This document shows positions 25,846-33,898 of a DNA stretch of 64,000 nt, piece after piece. The notes beneath the pieces are model-generated. The model did not search any database. It was not told the DNA's origin and was given only the letters and a program-made list of their open reading frames with translations. The position numbers and the translations under genes were made by a program. The DNA comes from Candidatus Saccharimonadota bacterium (GTDB taxonomy: Bacteria; Patescibacteriota; Saccharimonadia; Saccharimonadales; Saccharimonadaceae). The stretch spans positions 70,373 through 134,372 of the forward strand of contig DAIDKE010000001.1 in NCBI GenBank assembly GCA_027450165.1, in the 5' to 3' direction. How positions within the stretch are numbered: position 1 is the stretch's first letter; each line of letters begins with the position of its first letter.

Positions 25846-25922
25846 CGGGGTGTAGCGCAGCTCGGTAGCGCGCGCCGTTCGGGACGGCGAGGTCATGGGT
25901 TCAAATCCCGTCACCCCGACCA
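25846..25922 (+). tRNA. tRNA-Pro(CGG), CCA encoded
   Basis: CGGGGTGTAGCGCAGCTCGGTAGCGCGCGCCGTTCGGGACGGCGAGGTCATGGGTTCAAATCCCGTCACCCCGACCA. Anticodon loop TTCGGGA. Confidence 0.9.
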
Positions 25923-25933
25923 AGATTTTTTGT

Positions 25934-26458
25934 ATGACAGTCACTGTTGAACAAACACACACAATCGAAACTAAACCTGCAACAAACGGTGACGGCCTTG
26001 AAGCTGTCGCAGTTTTTGAATATGGCGGTAAGCACGGACTCATGGATTTGATCCAGCGCAGTGTTGCCCGAACACTTGACCTGCGTGGCGCCGACCAAGC
26101 CAAGACTTTTGTCGAAATCTTAGATAATTACCCAGATCCAGCCGAGCGGCAACGCAAGATCGAAGAAGTCGGCGGACAATTCGATGAGGCGCTGGTTAAT
26201 TTTGTAGCTTGCTCAATGCTTGCTAGCCGACGGCCCAAAACCATTATTCGGGCTAGTAGTAGCGAAGGTTTTGACGGTTACCTGCCATGGCAAACCACCC
26301 TAGATGAACGACTGAAAGCCATGGCGGATTACGGCCTGCAAGGACTACAGGTTGTGGTTGAAAGATTTACACCGGATACCGACAACGTATTGACTATACC
26401 GACCCAAAGAAAGAGCAACGGTCTCCCTGACGATCAAGAGCTTGAACTAAGCGCATAA
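25934..26458 (+). CDS. hypothetical protein (174 aa)
   Basis: Start moved to MTVTVEQ, because the track ORF start (25895) lies inside tRNA-Pro(CGG). No motif recognised. Confidence 0.45.
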   Translation: MTVTVEQTHTIETKPATNGDGLEAVAVFEYGGKHGLMDLIQRSVARTLDLRGADQAKTFVEILDNYPDPAERQRKIEEVGGQFDEALVNFVACSMLASRRPKTIIRASSSEGFDGYLPWQTTLDERLKAMADYGLQGLQVVVERFTPDTDNVLTIPTQRKSNGLPDDQELELSA

Positions 26459-27675
26459 CAGGCGTGTTTGCCTAAAAACTTTAGCAAAATATGATTGAGT
26501 CGGCTAGCGATTGGTAAGCCGGTTAAATCATCTTTGACCAACATATGTTCTTCGTCCAAATCATCGCCGTAGCCGTACCATTTAAAGATAAATTCCTCGC
26601 TAAAATCGGCCGCCACTTCCGGCTTCTCTTCATCCGCGATAACAGCCTCTTGATCTATTAGTTCTTCAACGGAACGAACTGTCGACTCAATCCCCAACTC
26701 CGCGTCCAATTCATTATCTTCGAACACATAGTCATCGACCGGTTCACTCTCCGCCGCTTCAGCCGCCTGTTCGTCTTCACCGAATTCAACAACCTTAATA
26801 ACATCGCTTTGTGCTTCACTGTTTTGGATTGTGATCAAAACATCTTCCGGTGTCTCATCGTCTACTACCGTCTCGACAACAAGCTCTGTCAGACTAACTT
26901 TTGGCGCGGCGGTAACATATTCTTCACTCACTTCAGGCTCCGGCGCTAGCACTACTTCTGGCTCGAGTTGGGGCTCTGGCTGCAATTGCTGCGGCTCAAC
27001 AATATCATCGCTCAAGGCTAGCTCTTTAAGATTAGTTTGGATAGCCGGCTCTTTCGCATCGGTGACTGGATCCGCCTCAAACTCTTCGTGGACAGCCTCT
27101 AGCTTAATCTCCGCAACAACTTCGACCGGTGATGGTTTTACTGGCGTCAGAACCTCAACTGGCGCCGCTTCGTCGACAATCGTGACTGCAACCGGCTCCT
27201 CTACCGGTAACTCGTCTATATGAACCTCGTTCACAATCGGCTGACGCAAATTTTGCGCCACCACCACCTCAACGCTATCGTCGAGCAACTCACGCAGATA
27301 CGAACGTGGCTCTGGTGCTTCTTGCTCGACTACGACCGGCTGCGCTATTTCGGATTTAGTCTCCGGCGCAGAATCCACAGCCTGAGTTTCGTCGGTTACT
27401 ATAATTTCTTCTTCGGCCGAGACCAATGTTATGTCAAAATCACCCAAATCATGGGTTACCGGCGTTTCTACTTCAGCGCTCCGGGCACTCGGACAAAAAT
27501 TAACCAGTGGACAGCCGGCGCACAAAATCGCCGCGCAGCCAATCGCCCGCTGGCTTAGCGGACTCTCTGCTTCGGCCGCAGCTTCCACCGCCTTAACTTC
27601 TTCGGCGGTAGCAAGGTTCTCATCTACCGACGCAACTTCGATATCGGTCAGCCGCTCTAGAGTTATCTCGCTCAT
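26434..27675 (-). CDS. highly acidic E/V/P/D-rich protein with N-terminal CX5CX2CX5C motif
   Basis: 413 aa from the ATG at 27675, which lies 2 nt after the stop of the upstream flavoprotein gene. Motif GCAAILCAGCPLVNFCPSA, followed by a long low-complexity acidic region. Confidence 0.55.
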   Translation of the reverse strand: MSEITLERLTDIEVASVDENLATAEEVKAVEAAAEAESPLSQRAIGCAAILCAGCPLVNFCPSARSAEVETPVTHDLGDFDITLVSAEEEIIVTDETQAVDSAPETKSEIAQPVVVEQEAPEPRSYLRELLDDSVEVVVAQNLRQPIVNEVHIDELPVEEPVAVTIVDEAAPVEVLTPVKPSPVEVVAEIKLEAVHEEFEADPVTDAKEPAIQTNLKELALSDDIVEPQQLQPEPQLEPEVVLAPEPEVSEEYVTAAPKVSLTELVVETVVDDETPEDVLITIQNSEAQSDVIKVVEFGEDEQAAEAAESEPVDDYVFEDNELDAELGIESTVRSVEELIDQEAVIADEEKPEVAADFSEEFIFKWYGYGDDLDEEHMLVKDDLTGLPIASRLNHILLKFLGKHACYALSSSS

Positions 27676-27677
27676 CG

Positions 27678-28367
27678 CTAAGCCGCTCCAAAAAATGTCT
27701 CGGTTGTAATCTGGTCGCTCGACACGCCGCAATCGACCAACTGCCGCCACATCGACTTTACAAAATCAGCCGAGCCGCAAACATAAAAACAATGCGTATC
27801 TTTGTGACTGACGGCGTCTTTTAAAATATCGATTCGCCGGTGCTTAGCGTCACTAGCGCCTGGCGCCCGGGTAATAAAATGATCAACCACAAAATTATCG
27901 TTCGCATCCGCCAGCGCTTGTAGCTCCCGGCCAAAAACCACGTCGCCCGGCGTGCGGTTACTATATAACAAACGGATTGGCCGGCCGGTTTGACGCATAG
28001 TCTCGTCTTGAATAACACTCCAAATTGGCGAAATGCCGGTTCCGGCAGCAATCGCTAAAATCGGTTCATCATCAAAAGCGTTGAACGATCCATACGGCTG
28101 GCTAATGGTCAGCTCTTCGCCAACTTTCAGCTCATGGAGCTTGCCCGAAAACAGGCCAATTTTCTTGACCGTAATCGTCGATTCGACCGCCCCGGGCACG
28201 CTCGACAAACTATAGGCCTTGCCCTCGGTCACATCGGTATCATCAAAATAAACTGTTATATACTGCCCCGCCCGATGCGTTAGCGCCTCGCCGTCCACCT
28301 TAAAACCAATCGTCACGGTATCTGGCGTATTGATAGTTCGACTGGTGATAACGGCTGTTTGCTTCAT
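27678..28367 (-). CDS. FNR-like FAD/NAD(P)-binding oxidoreductase
   Basis: 229 aa. FAD motif RAGQYITVYF...KAYSLSS. NAD(P) motif LAIAAGTGISPIWSV, plus YVCGS. 4-nt overlap with nrdG. Confidence 0.75.
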   Translation of the reverse strand: MKQTAVITSRTINTPDTVTIGFKVDGEALTHRAGQYITVYFDDTDVTEGKAYSLSSVPGAVESTITVKKIGLFSGKLHELKVGEELTISQPYGSFNAFDDEPILAIAAGTGISPIWSVIQDETMRQTGRPIRLLYSNRTPGDVVFGRELQALADANDNFVVDHFITRAPGASDAKHRRIDILKDAVSHKDTHCFYVCGSADFVKSMWRQLVDCGVSSDQITTETFFGAA

Positions 28368-29053
28368 CGCACTAAACAGTAATCAACGTACTGCTCCATT
28401 TGTTTACGGATATCTTCGAATTCCTCGTCGCTATAAGTAGTTTCGCGCCGAAAAGCCGGGCTTAAAGTTCGACCGCTGCGAAACTTTTGCAGTGCATAAC
28501 GCGACGCGCCGCGCAGCATCTCGCCAATGGCCTTAAAATCATCAACCGGAATCTGCGACTTCACAACCGTGGTGCGAAACTCATAATCAACACCCGATTT
28601 TTTAATCATCTCAATACTGCGCATAATCGCATCCATATCGATTGGGTAGGCAGCGATCATTTGGTATGAATCTGGCGTGCCCTTAATATCCATCGACACA
28701 TAATCGAGCAGCTTATCGTCGTACATCTGCCGCAGCATGTCCGGGTGCGTGCCATTGGTGTCTAATTTAATCGTAAAACCAAGCTGCTTGATGCTAGCAA
28801 TCAGCTGCGGCAGGTCGTCGTGAACTGTCGGCTCACCACCGCTAATCACCACACCCTCCAGTTTGCCGACGCGCGTCGCCAAAAAAGCTAGCACGTCGTC
28901 AACCGGAATGGCGTCTCCGTAGCGTTCTGGCAAGACAAGTTCAGGATTGTGGCAGTAGCCGCAACGCATATTACAGCCAACTGTGAAAATCACTGCACTG
29001 GCCTTGCCCGGGTAGTCAATTAAAGATACTTTTTGAACGCCGCCGATTCTCAT
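28364..29053 (-). CDS. nrdG: anaerobic ribonucleoside-triphosphate reductase activating protein (radical SAM)
   Basis: 229 aa. Radical-SAM cluster CNMRCGYCHNPE and SAM motif VVISGGEP. 4-nt overlap with nrdD. Confidence 0.85.
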   Translation of the reverse strand: MRIGGVQKVSLIDYPGKASAVIFTVGCNMRCGYCHNPELVLPERYGDAIPVDDVLAFLATRVGKLEGVVISGGEPTVHDDLPQLIASIKQLGFTIKLDTNGTHPDMLRQMYDDKLLDYVSMDIKGTPDSYQMIAAYPIDMDAIMRSIEMIKKSGVDYEFRTTVVKSQIPVDDFKAIGEMLRGASRYALQKFRSGRTLSPAFRRETTYSDEEFEDIRKQMEQYVDYCLVR

Positions 29054-31158
29054 AGCGCCTTAACGCGTGCTCGATCGACATCGATCTTCTTGCGCATATC
29101 AAACTCGGCACGTTTGCCGTTGTTCCAGCGGTGCGTAGGGGTTAGGAAGCCAACCACACGCGAGTAAACTTCACAGACTTCTTCACACTTCGGACAGAAT
29201 TCGTGTTCACCAGCCAAGTAGCCATGGTTCTTGCAGATACTAAAGCTTGGACTAAACGTAAAGTATGGCAAGCGGTAGTTAGTACAAACCGTTCGGACTA
29301 GCTTCTTCAGAATTTGCGGATCATTGATGCGCTCACCCAAGAAGAAGTGAATCACGGTGCCACCGGTGTACTTGGTCTGTAGTTCGTCTTGTAGTTCCAA
29401 AAGCTCAAACAAGTCATCGGTAAAGTTAACCGGCAGGTGAGTCGAGTTGGTGTAAAACGGCGCCGGCACATCTTTACCAATGCCGTTGGCAAAGTGCGCT
29501 TCAGGAAAGTCTTTTTGGTCGATCTGCGCCAAACGGTAAGTCGTACCCTCGGCTGGTGTCGCCTCAAGGTTATAGTTGTTGCCTGTTTCTTCCTGGAATT
29601 CAATCAGCTTGTCGCGCATGTAGTCCAGCACTTCTTCGGCAAACTTACGACCTTCATCGCTACCAATCGTTGTATCAAGCAGATTTTCGATCGCTTCGTT
29701 CATACCGACCAAACCAATGGTTGAGAAGTGATTCTTCCAATATTGGTCAAAGCCTTGCTTGATGTTGCGCAGATAGTACTTGGTGTACGGGTACAGCCCG
29801 GCGTCGGTCAATCGTTCCAAAGTTTTGCGCTTGATCTCTAGGCTCTCTTTGGCCATTTCCATCAAATCGGTCAGGCCGGCCATGAACTCTTCTTTGTTGT
29901 GTGCTTTCAGAGCTAAGCGCGGCAGGTTAATTGTTACTACGCCCACCGAACCGGTCATTGGGTTGGCGCCGAACAAACCACCGCCGCGGTATTCCAACTT
30001 GCGGTTGTCGATGCGCAAACGGCAGCACATCGAACGAGCATCCTCTGGGTTCATGTCGCTGTTAACGAAGTTCGAGAAGTACGGAATACCATATTTAGCC
30101 GAAGCTTCCCAAAGATTCTCAACCACCGGGTTATCCCAATCAAAATCCTTGGTAATGTTGTAGGTTGGAATTGGGAAGGTAAAGACACGGCCAGTCGAGT
30201 CACCTTCTACCATCACTTCGAGCAGCGCCTTGTTAAAGACATTCATCTCTTTTTGGTAGTCGCCGTAGTTGGTCTCTTGCATTTCACCGCCAATAATCAC
30301 CGGAATGCCAGCAAAGTATTCTGGCGGGGTCAAATCGAGCGTAATGTTGGTAAACGGTGTCTGAAAACCAACTCGTGTTGGCACGTTGACGTTAAAGATA
30401 AACTCCTGCAACGCCTGCTTGACCTCTTTGTGTGTCAGCCCGTCAGCGCGGATAAACGGCGCCAGTAAAGTATCGAAGTTCGAAAAAGCCTGTGCGCCAG
30501 CCGCTTCGCCCTGCAAGGTGTAAAAGAAGTTGACGATTTGACCCAGCGCCGAGCGTAAGTGCCTGGCTGGCTTACTGGAAATCTTGCCCTGAACACCGGT
30601 AAAGCCCTCACGTAGCAGGTCCATTAAGTCCCAGCCAACGCAGTAAACCGACAGCAAGTTCAAGTCATGAATATGGAAATCACCAGCCCGGTGTGCATCG
30701 CCAATTTCTTTAGGATAAATCTTGTCCAGCCAGTAATTCTTGCTGACCTCTGACGAAATGTAATTGTTCAGCCCCTGCAGCGAATAGCCCATATTGGAGT
30801 TTTCTTTGACCTTCCAGTCCAGATTGCCCAAATATGAGTCAACCAAATCAATCTGCATATTGCTGGTGATGTCACGTAGACGCTGGTGCTGGTCGCGGTA
30901 AAGAATGTAAGCCTTAGCCGTCTTGTTGTAGGTCGAGTTGATGAGTACATTTTCAGCAATATCCTGAATCTGTTCGACCGTCGGTACTTTTTCGGTCAGT
31001 TCGGTCTCGGCGCGCGAAATCACTTTATTCGCCAAACGCTTGGCGGTTGTTTCGTTGAATTCCCCTGTTGCCTCGCCGGCTTTGATCAATGCCGCTTCGA
31101 TTTTTGCGGGATCGAATTTGACGCGACGTCCGTCGCGCTTTTTGATTGAGTTGTACAT
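29050..31158 (-). CDS. nrdD: anaerobic ribonucleoside-triphosphate reductase (class III), with ATP-cone
   Basis: 702 aa. ATP-cone at the N-terminus (IKKRDGRRVKFDPAKI). C-terminal Zn-ribbon cysteines (CKNHGY...CPKCEEVC) and a glycyl-radical-like RVVGFLT. AAGGGGG SD upstream. Confidence 0.9.
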   Translation of the reverse strand: MYNSIKKRDGRRVKFDPAKIEAALIKAGEATGEFNETTAKRLANKVISRAETELTEKVPTVEQIQDIAENVLINSTYNKTAKAYILYRDQHQRLRDITSNMQIDLVDSYLGNLDWKVKENSNMGYSLQGLNNYISSEVSKNYWLDKIYPKEIGDAHRAGDFHIHDLNLLSVYCVGWDLMDLLREGFTGVQGKISSKPARHLRSALGQIVNFFYTLQGEAAGAQAFSNFDTLLAPFIRADGLTHKEVKQALQEFIFNVNVPTRVGFQTPFTNITLDLTPPEYFAGIPVIIGGEMQETNYGDYQKEMNVFNKALLEVMVEGDSTGRVFTFPIPTYNITKDFDWDNPVVENLWEASAKYGIPYFSNFVNSDMNPEDARSMCCRLRIDNRKLEYRGGGLFGANPMTGSVGVVTINLPRLALKAHNKEEFMAGLTDLMEMAKESLEIKRKTLERLTDAGLYPYTKYYLRNIKQGFDQYWKNHFSTIGLVGMNEAIENLLDTTIGSDEGRKFAEEVLDYMRDKLIEFQEETGNNYNLEATPAEGTTYRLAQIDQKDFPEAHFANGIGKDVPAPFYTNSTHLPVNFTDDLFELLELQDELQTKYTGGTVIHFFLGERINDPQILKKLVRTVCTNYRLPYFTFSPSFSICKNHGYLAGEHEFCPKCEEVCEVYSRVVGFLTPTHRWNNGKRAEFDMRKKIDVDRARVKAL

Positions 31159-31205
31159 GAACCTACCCCCTTGTTTTTATCTGTATACACGGTGCCCGTG
31201 CATAT

Positions 31206-31221
31206 GCGCTATATATAGCGT
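31206..31221. promoter_or_regulatory. NrdR-box-like palindrome upstream of nrdD
   Basis: g-CGCTATATATAGCG-t is a 14-bp perfect palindrome. Its core CTATATATAG matches my recollection of the NrdR-box core CwAtATaTwG. It lies 49-63 nt upstream of the nrdD ATG. Confidence 0.4.
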
Positions 31222-31309
31222 ATATGCTTCATACTAGTACCATACATGTAGGGTAGTCTGTGCGCAATGTCACATTATTGGTAAATTGTAAAATTCTACA
31301 ACAACTATA

Positions 31310-32821
31310 CTATTTAGCGTATTCGATGGCGCGGGTTTCACGGATAACATTCACCTTAATCGTGCCCGGGTATTGCATTGTGCTTTCAATCTTGTCGGCG
31401 ATGTCACGTGCCAATTTAATGGCGCTGAGGTCATCAATTGACTCCGGCTGAACAATCACGCGCACTTCACGGCCAGCGCTGATGGCGTAAGCCTTGTCGA
31501 TACCCTTGAAGCTGACAGCAATATTCTCTAGCTCACGCATACGCTCGGCAAAGTTCTCGGCGCTGATATTACGGGCGCCAGGTCGAGCCGCGCTTAGCGC
31601 GTCACAGATACGGACAATTATGGCTTCTGGAGTGGTTGCCTCAACATCGTCGTGGTGGGCTTCAATCGCGTGGGCAATTTCTTCACTCATACCATATTTA
31701 CGCGCTAGAGCAGCCGCAATGTGGTGATGCTTGCCTTCAATCTTGTGTGTGACAGCCTTGCCGCTATCGTGCAGCAAAGTAGCGATTTTAGTGGTGCGAA
31801 CGTCGGCACCAATCTCTTCGGCAATCATTCCGGCCATGTGGGCCATTTCAACACTGTGCATCAAGACGTTTTGACCGTAACTGGTGCGGTACTTCAGCTC
31901 GCCCAACAGGTGCAACATTTCTTTAGGAATGCCGACAACGCCAACTTCACGAGCAGCGTCTTCACCGGCACGAACGACTTCTTTTTCGATTTCTTTTTGA
32001 GCCTTGGCAACAACTTCCTCAATACGGCCAGGGTGAATGCGGCCGTCCTTCATCAGGATTTCAAGACTCAAACGAGCCACTTGGCGCCTTAGCGGATCAA
32101 AGCTCGAAAGGATAATCATGCCCGGGGTGTCGTCAACCAAAATATCAACACCGGTCGCCCTCTGCAAAGCTTGAATGTTACGACCCTCTTTACCGATGAT
32201 GCGGCCCTTCATTTCATCGTCAGTAAGCTTCAAAGCCGTGACTGTTCGCTCGGCTGTTACCTCTGAACTCATGCGCTCCATGGCGCTAACCAAAATCATC
32301 TGCGAACGCTCTTCGGCGTCGTCAACGGCATCTTTCTCGAGCTTGCTAACCAAACCAACCAAATCGTCTTTAACGTCGCGTTCGGTCATTTGCATCAGTT
32401 TTTCGGCCGCTTCTTGCTTCTTTAGACCGGCAATTTTCTCGAGTTTTTCTTGCTGTTTAGTGCGGATGTCGCGAATTTCCGACTTCAAACTTTCAACTTC
32501 ATCTTCTTGGGCGCGTAATGCCTCGGCGCGCTTGTCTAGCTCGTCTAGCTTCTTATCTAGGTTGCCTTCGCGCTCCGCCAAACGAGTTTCGGTCTTTTCC
32601 TGCGCTTTGCGGCGCTCGGCCTCTTCTTTTTTGGCATCTTCGGCCAGTTTCAAAGCTTCATCTTTGGCTTTTAAAACAATATCGCCAGCCTTGGTCTTGG
32701 CATCAGCGATAATGTGATCGGCCTTGAGCTTGCTTTGGCCAGCCTTACCGCGGTCATAAACAACTTTTCCGCCAACGCCAGCAACAACTGCGACGATAGC
32801 AGTAATAATTACCTCTAACAT
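31310..32821 (-). CDS. rny: ribonuclease Y
   Basis: N-terminal TM helix, K/E-rich coiled coil, KH domain (IIGKEGRNIQALQRATGVDILVDD), HD domain (LLHDSGKA...HH). Start set at the ATG at 32821, preceded by GAGGAAGGA. Confidence 0.9.
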   Translation of the reverse strand: MLEVIITAIVAVVAGVGGKVVYDRGKAGQSKLKADHIIADAKTKAGDIVLKAKDEALKLAEDAKKEEAERRKAQEKTETRLAEREGNLDKKLDELDKRAEALRAQEDEVESLKSEIRDIRTKQQEKLEKIAGLKKQEAAEKLMQMTERDVKDDLVGLVSKLEKDAVDDAEERSQMILVSAMERMSSEVTAERTVTALKLTDDEMKGRIIGKEGRNIQALQRATGVDILVDDTPGMIILSSFDPLRRQVARLSLEILMKDGRIHPGRIEEVVAKAQKEIEKEVVRAGEDAAREVGVVGIPKEMLHLLGELKYRTSYGQNVLMHSVEMAHMAGMIAEEIGADVRTTKIATLLHDSGKAVTHKIEGKHHHIAAALARKYGMSEEIAHAIEAHHDDVEATTPEAIIVRICDALSAARPGARNISAENFAERMRELENIAVSFKGIDKAYAISAGREVRVIVQPESIDDLSAIKLARDIADKIESTMQYPGTIKVNVIRETRAIEYAK

Positions 32822-32991
32822 AACTGTTTCCTTCCTCAGCCTCGGCGCCGCCAAGTGTTCATCTTGACGCGAAAATTTATCATACGCCCAAACTGAAAAT
32901 TCAAAAAATATATAAATCGGTCGCTAAATATTAACGGACTTAGCAGACTTAAATTTATTGTAGCGCTTTTTATAACATGCGCGCAAGCACA

Positions 32992-33378
32992 CTATTTGCG
33001 CGGCTTGGTAATATTGGCTTCGCCGCCATACTCCGGCATAACGATTTGATCATTGCGGCCGGCCGCCAGAGCATCAAGTACATCTCGCTGCCAGTTTTCA
33101 CCAATCCCACCAACAATCGGCAAACTTAGACTATCGGCCAAAGTGTTTAATACCGTAATGCCAATCCTAAGCCCAGTAAAGCTGCCTGGACCCTTGAAAA
33201 TACCCAGGCCAGTCAAATCGTTGATCGTTTTGCCATTTTCGGCTAGTCGATCAGTTAAATAGCGCAGTAAATCTTTTGCCAGACTGCGATCGGCTGGCCA
33301 CTCGTAATCGCGGCGCAAATCGCCATCCACCAAACTAAGCTTGCACACGGGTGTCGATGTATCTAAAAGAATGATCAT
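32992..33378 (-). CDS. tsaB: tRNA t6A biosynthesis protein TsaB (short form)
   Basis: 128 aa. MIILLDTST...GLGIFKGPGSFTGLRIGITVLNTLA. Only the N-terminal ASKHA-like half of a typical ~230-aa TsaB is present. Confidence 0.7.
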   Translation of the reverse strand: MIILLDTSTPVCKLSLVDGDLRRDYEWPADRSLAKDLLRYLTDRLAENGKTINDLTGLGIFKGPGSFTGLRIGITVLNTLADSLSLPIVGGIGENWQRDVLDALAAGRNDQIVMPEYGGEANITKPRK

Positions 33379-33824
33379 AATTGACTAATTAACTCCTCTG
33401 GTCCGGTAATTTCGAGTCGACGGGCGGTGCTGCTCGGTGCTGTTATTATTATGCGGATTCGTTCCGGCGGCAAAATGCCTTCAACGACCGCGGCCCACTC
33501 AATAATCGTAATCGATGATGGGTCGTGAATCGTTTCGTGCAGCTCATTAGCCATAATACCGGCGTCGTTTAAGCGATAAAAATCGTAATGCGCCAGGCTT
33601 AAACCACCGCGCGCACTGTAGACCCGACTAATCGTAAAGCTTGGACTTTGAACATCTTCGTCGACATCTAGCCCGCGAGCTATACCCTTAGTAAGGGTGG
33701 TCTTGCCAGCACCGACGTCGCCAATTAGCTCCAAAACTTCGCCGCCCTTTAATAGGCGTCCGAGTTTTTCGCCAAAAGCTCGCATTTCAAATTCGCTGTT
33801 TACCTCTTTAATCATCGTCCACAA
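33375..33824 (-). CDS. tsaE: tRNA t6A biosynthesis ATPase TsaE
   Basis: 149 aa. Walker A GDVGAGKTTLTKGIARGL, SPSFTISRVY, HYDFYRL. Confidence 0.85.
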   Translation of the reverse strand: MWTMIKEVNSEFEMRAFGEKLGRLLKGGEVLELIGDVGAGKTTLTKGIARGLDVDEDVQSPSFTISRVYSARGGLSLAHYDFYRLNDAGIMANELHETIHDPSSITIIEWAAVVEGILPPERIRIIITAPSSTARRLEITGPEELISQL

Positions 33825-33898
33825 TTATAACATGACGCGACGCGAGATGATGTGCTGGAACTTTTTGTCAGTCTAATTTACAATAGAGCGTAAGCATT

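Noticed and set aside
25819-26103. 94-aa minus-strand ORF and the 25895 start of the plus-strand ORF
   Set aside because: Both overlap tRNA-Pro(CGG). The plus-strand gene was trimmed to the ATG at 25934 and the minus-strand ORF was discarded.
26831-27709. Three plus-strand ORFs (130, 112 and 92 aa) antisense to the acidic protein gene
   Set aside because: They are Ser/Thr-rich artefacts of the GAA/GTT-rich opposite strand. The minus-strand gene is operon-coupled to the nrd genes.
32175-32717. 180-aa Ser-rich ORF (plus 31494..32092 ORFs) antisense to rny
   Set aside because: These are mirror-image low-complexity frames of the K/E-rich coiled coil and the KH/HD domains of RNase Y. They have no independent signals.
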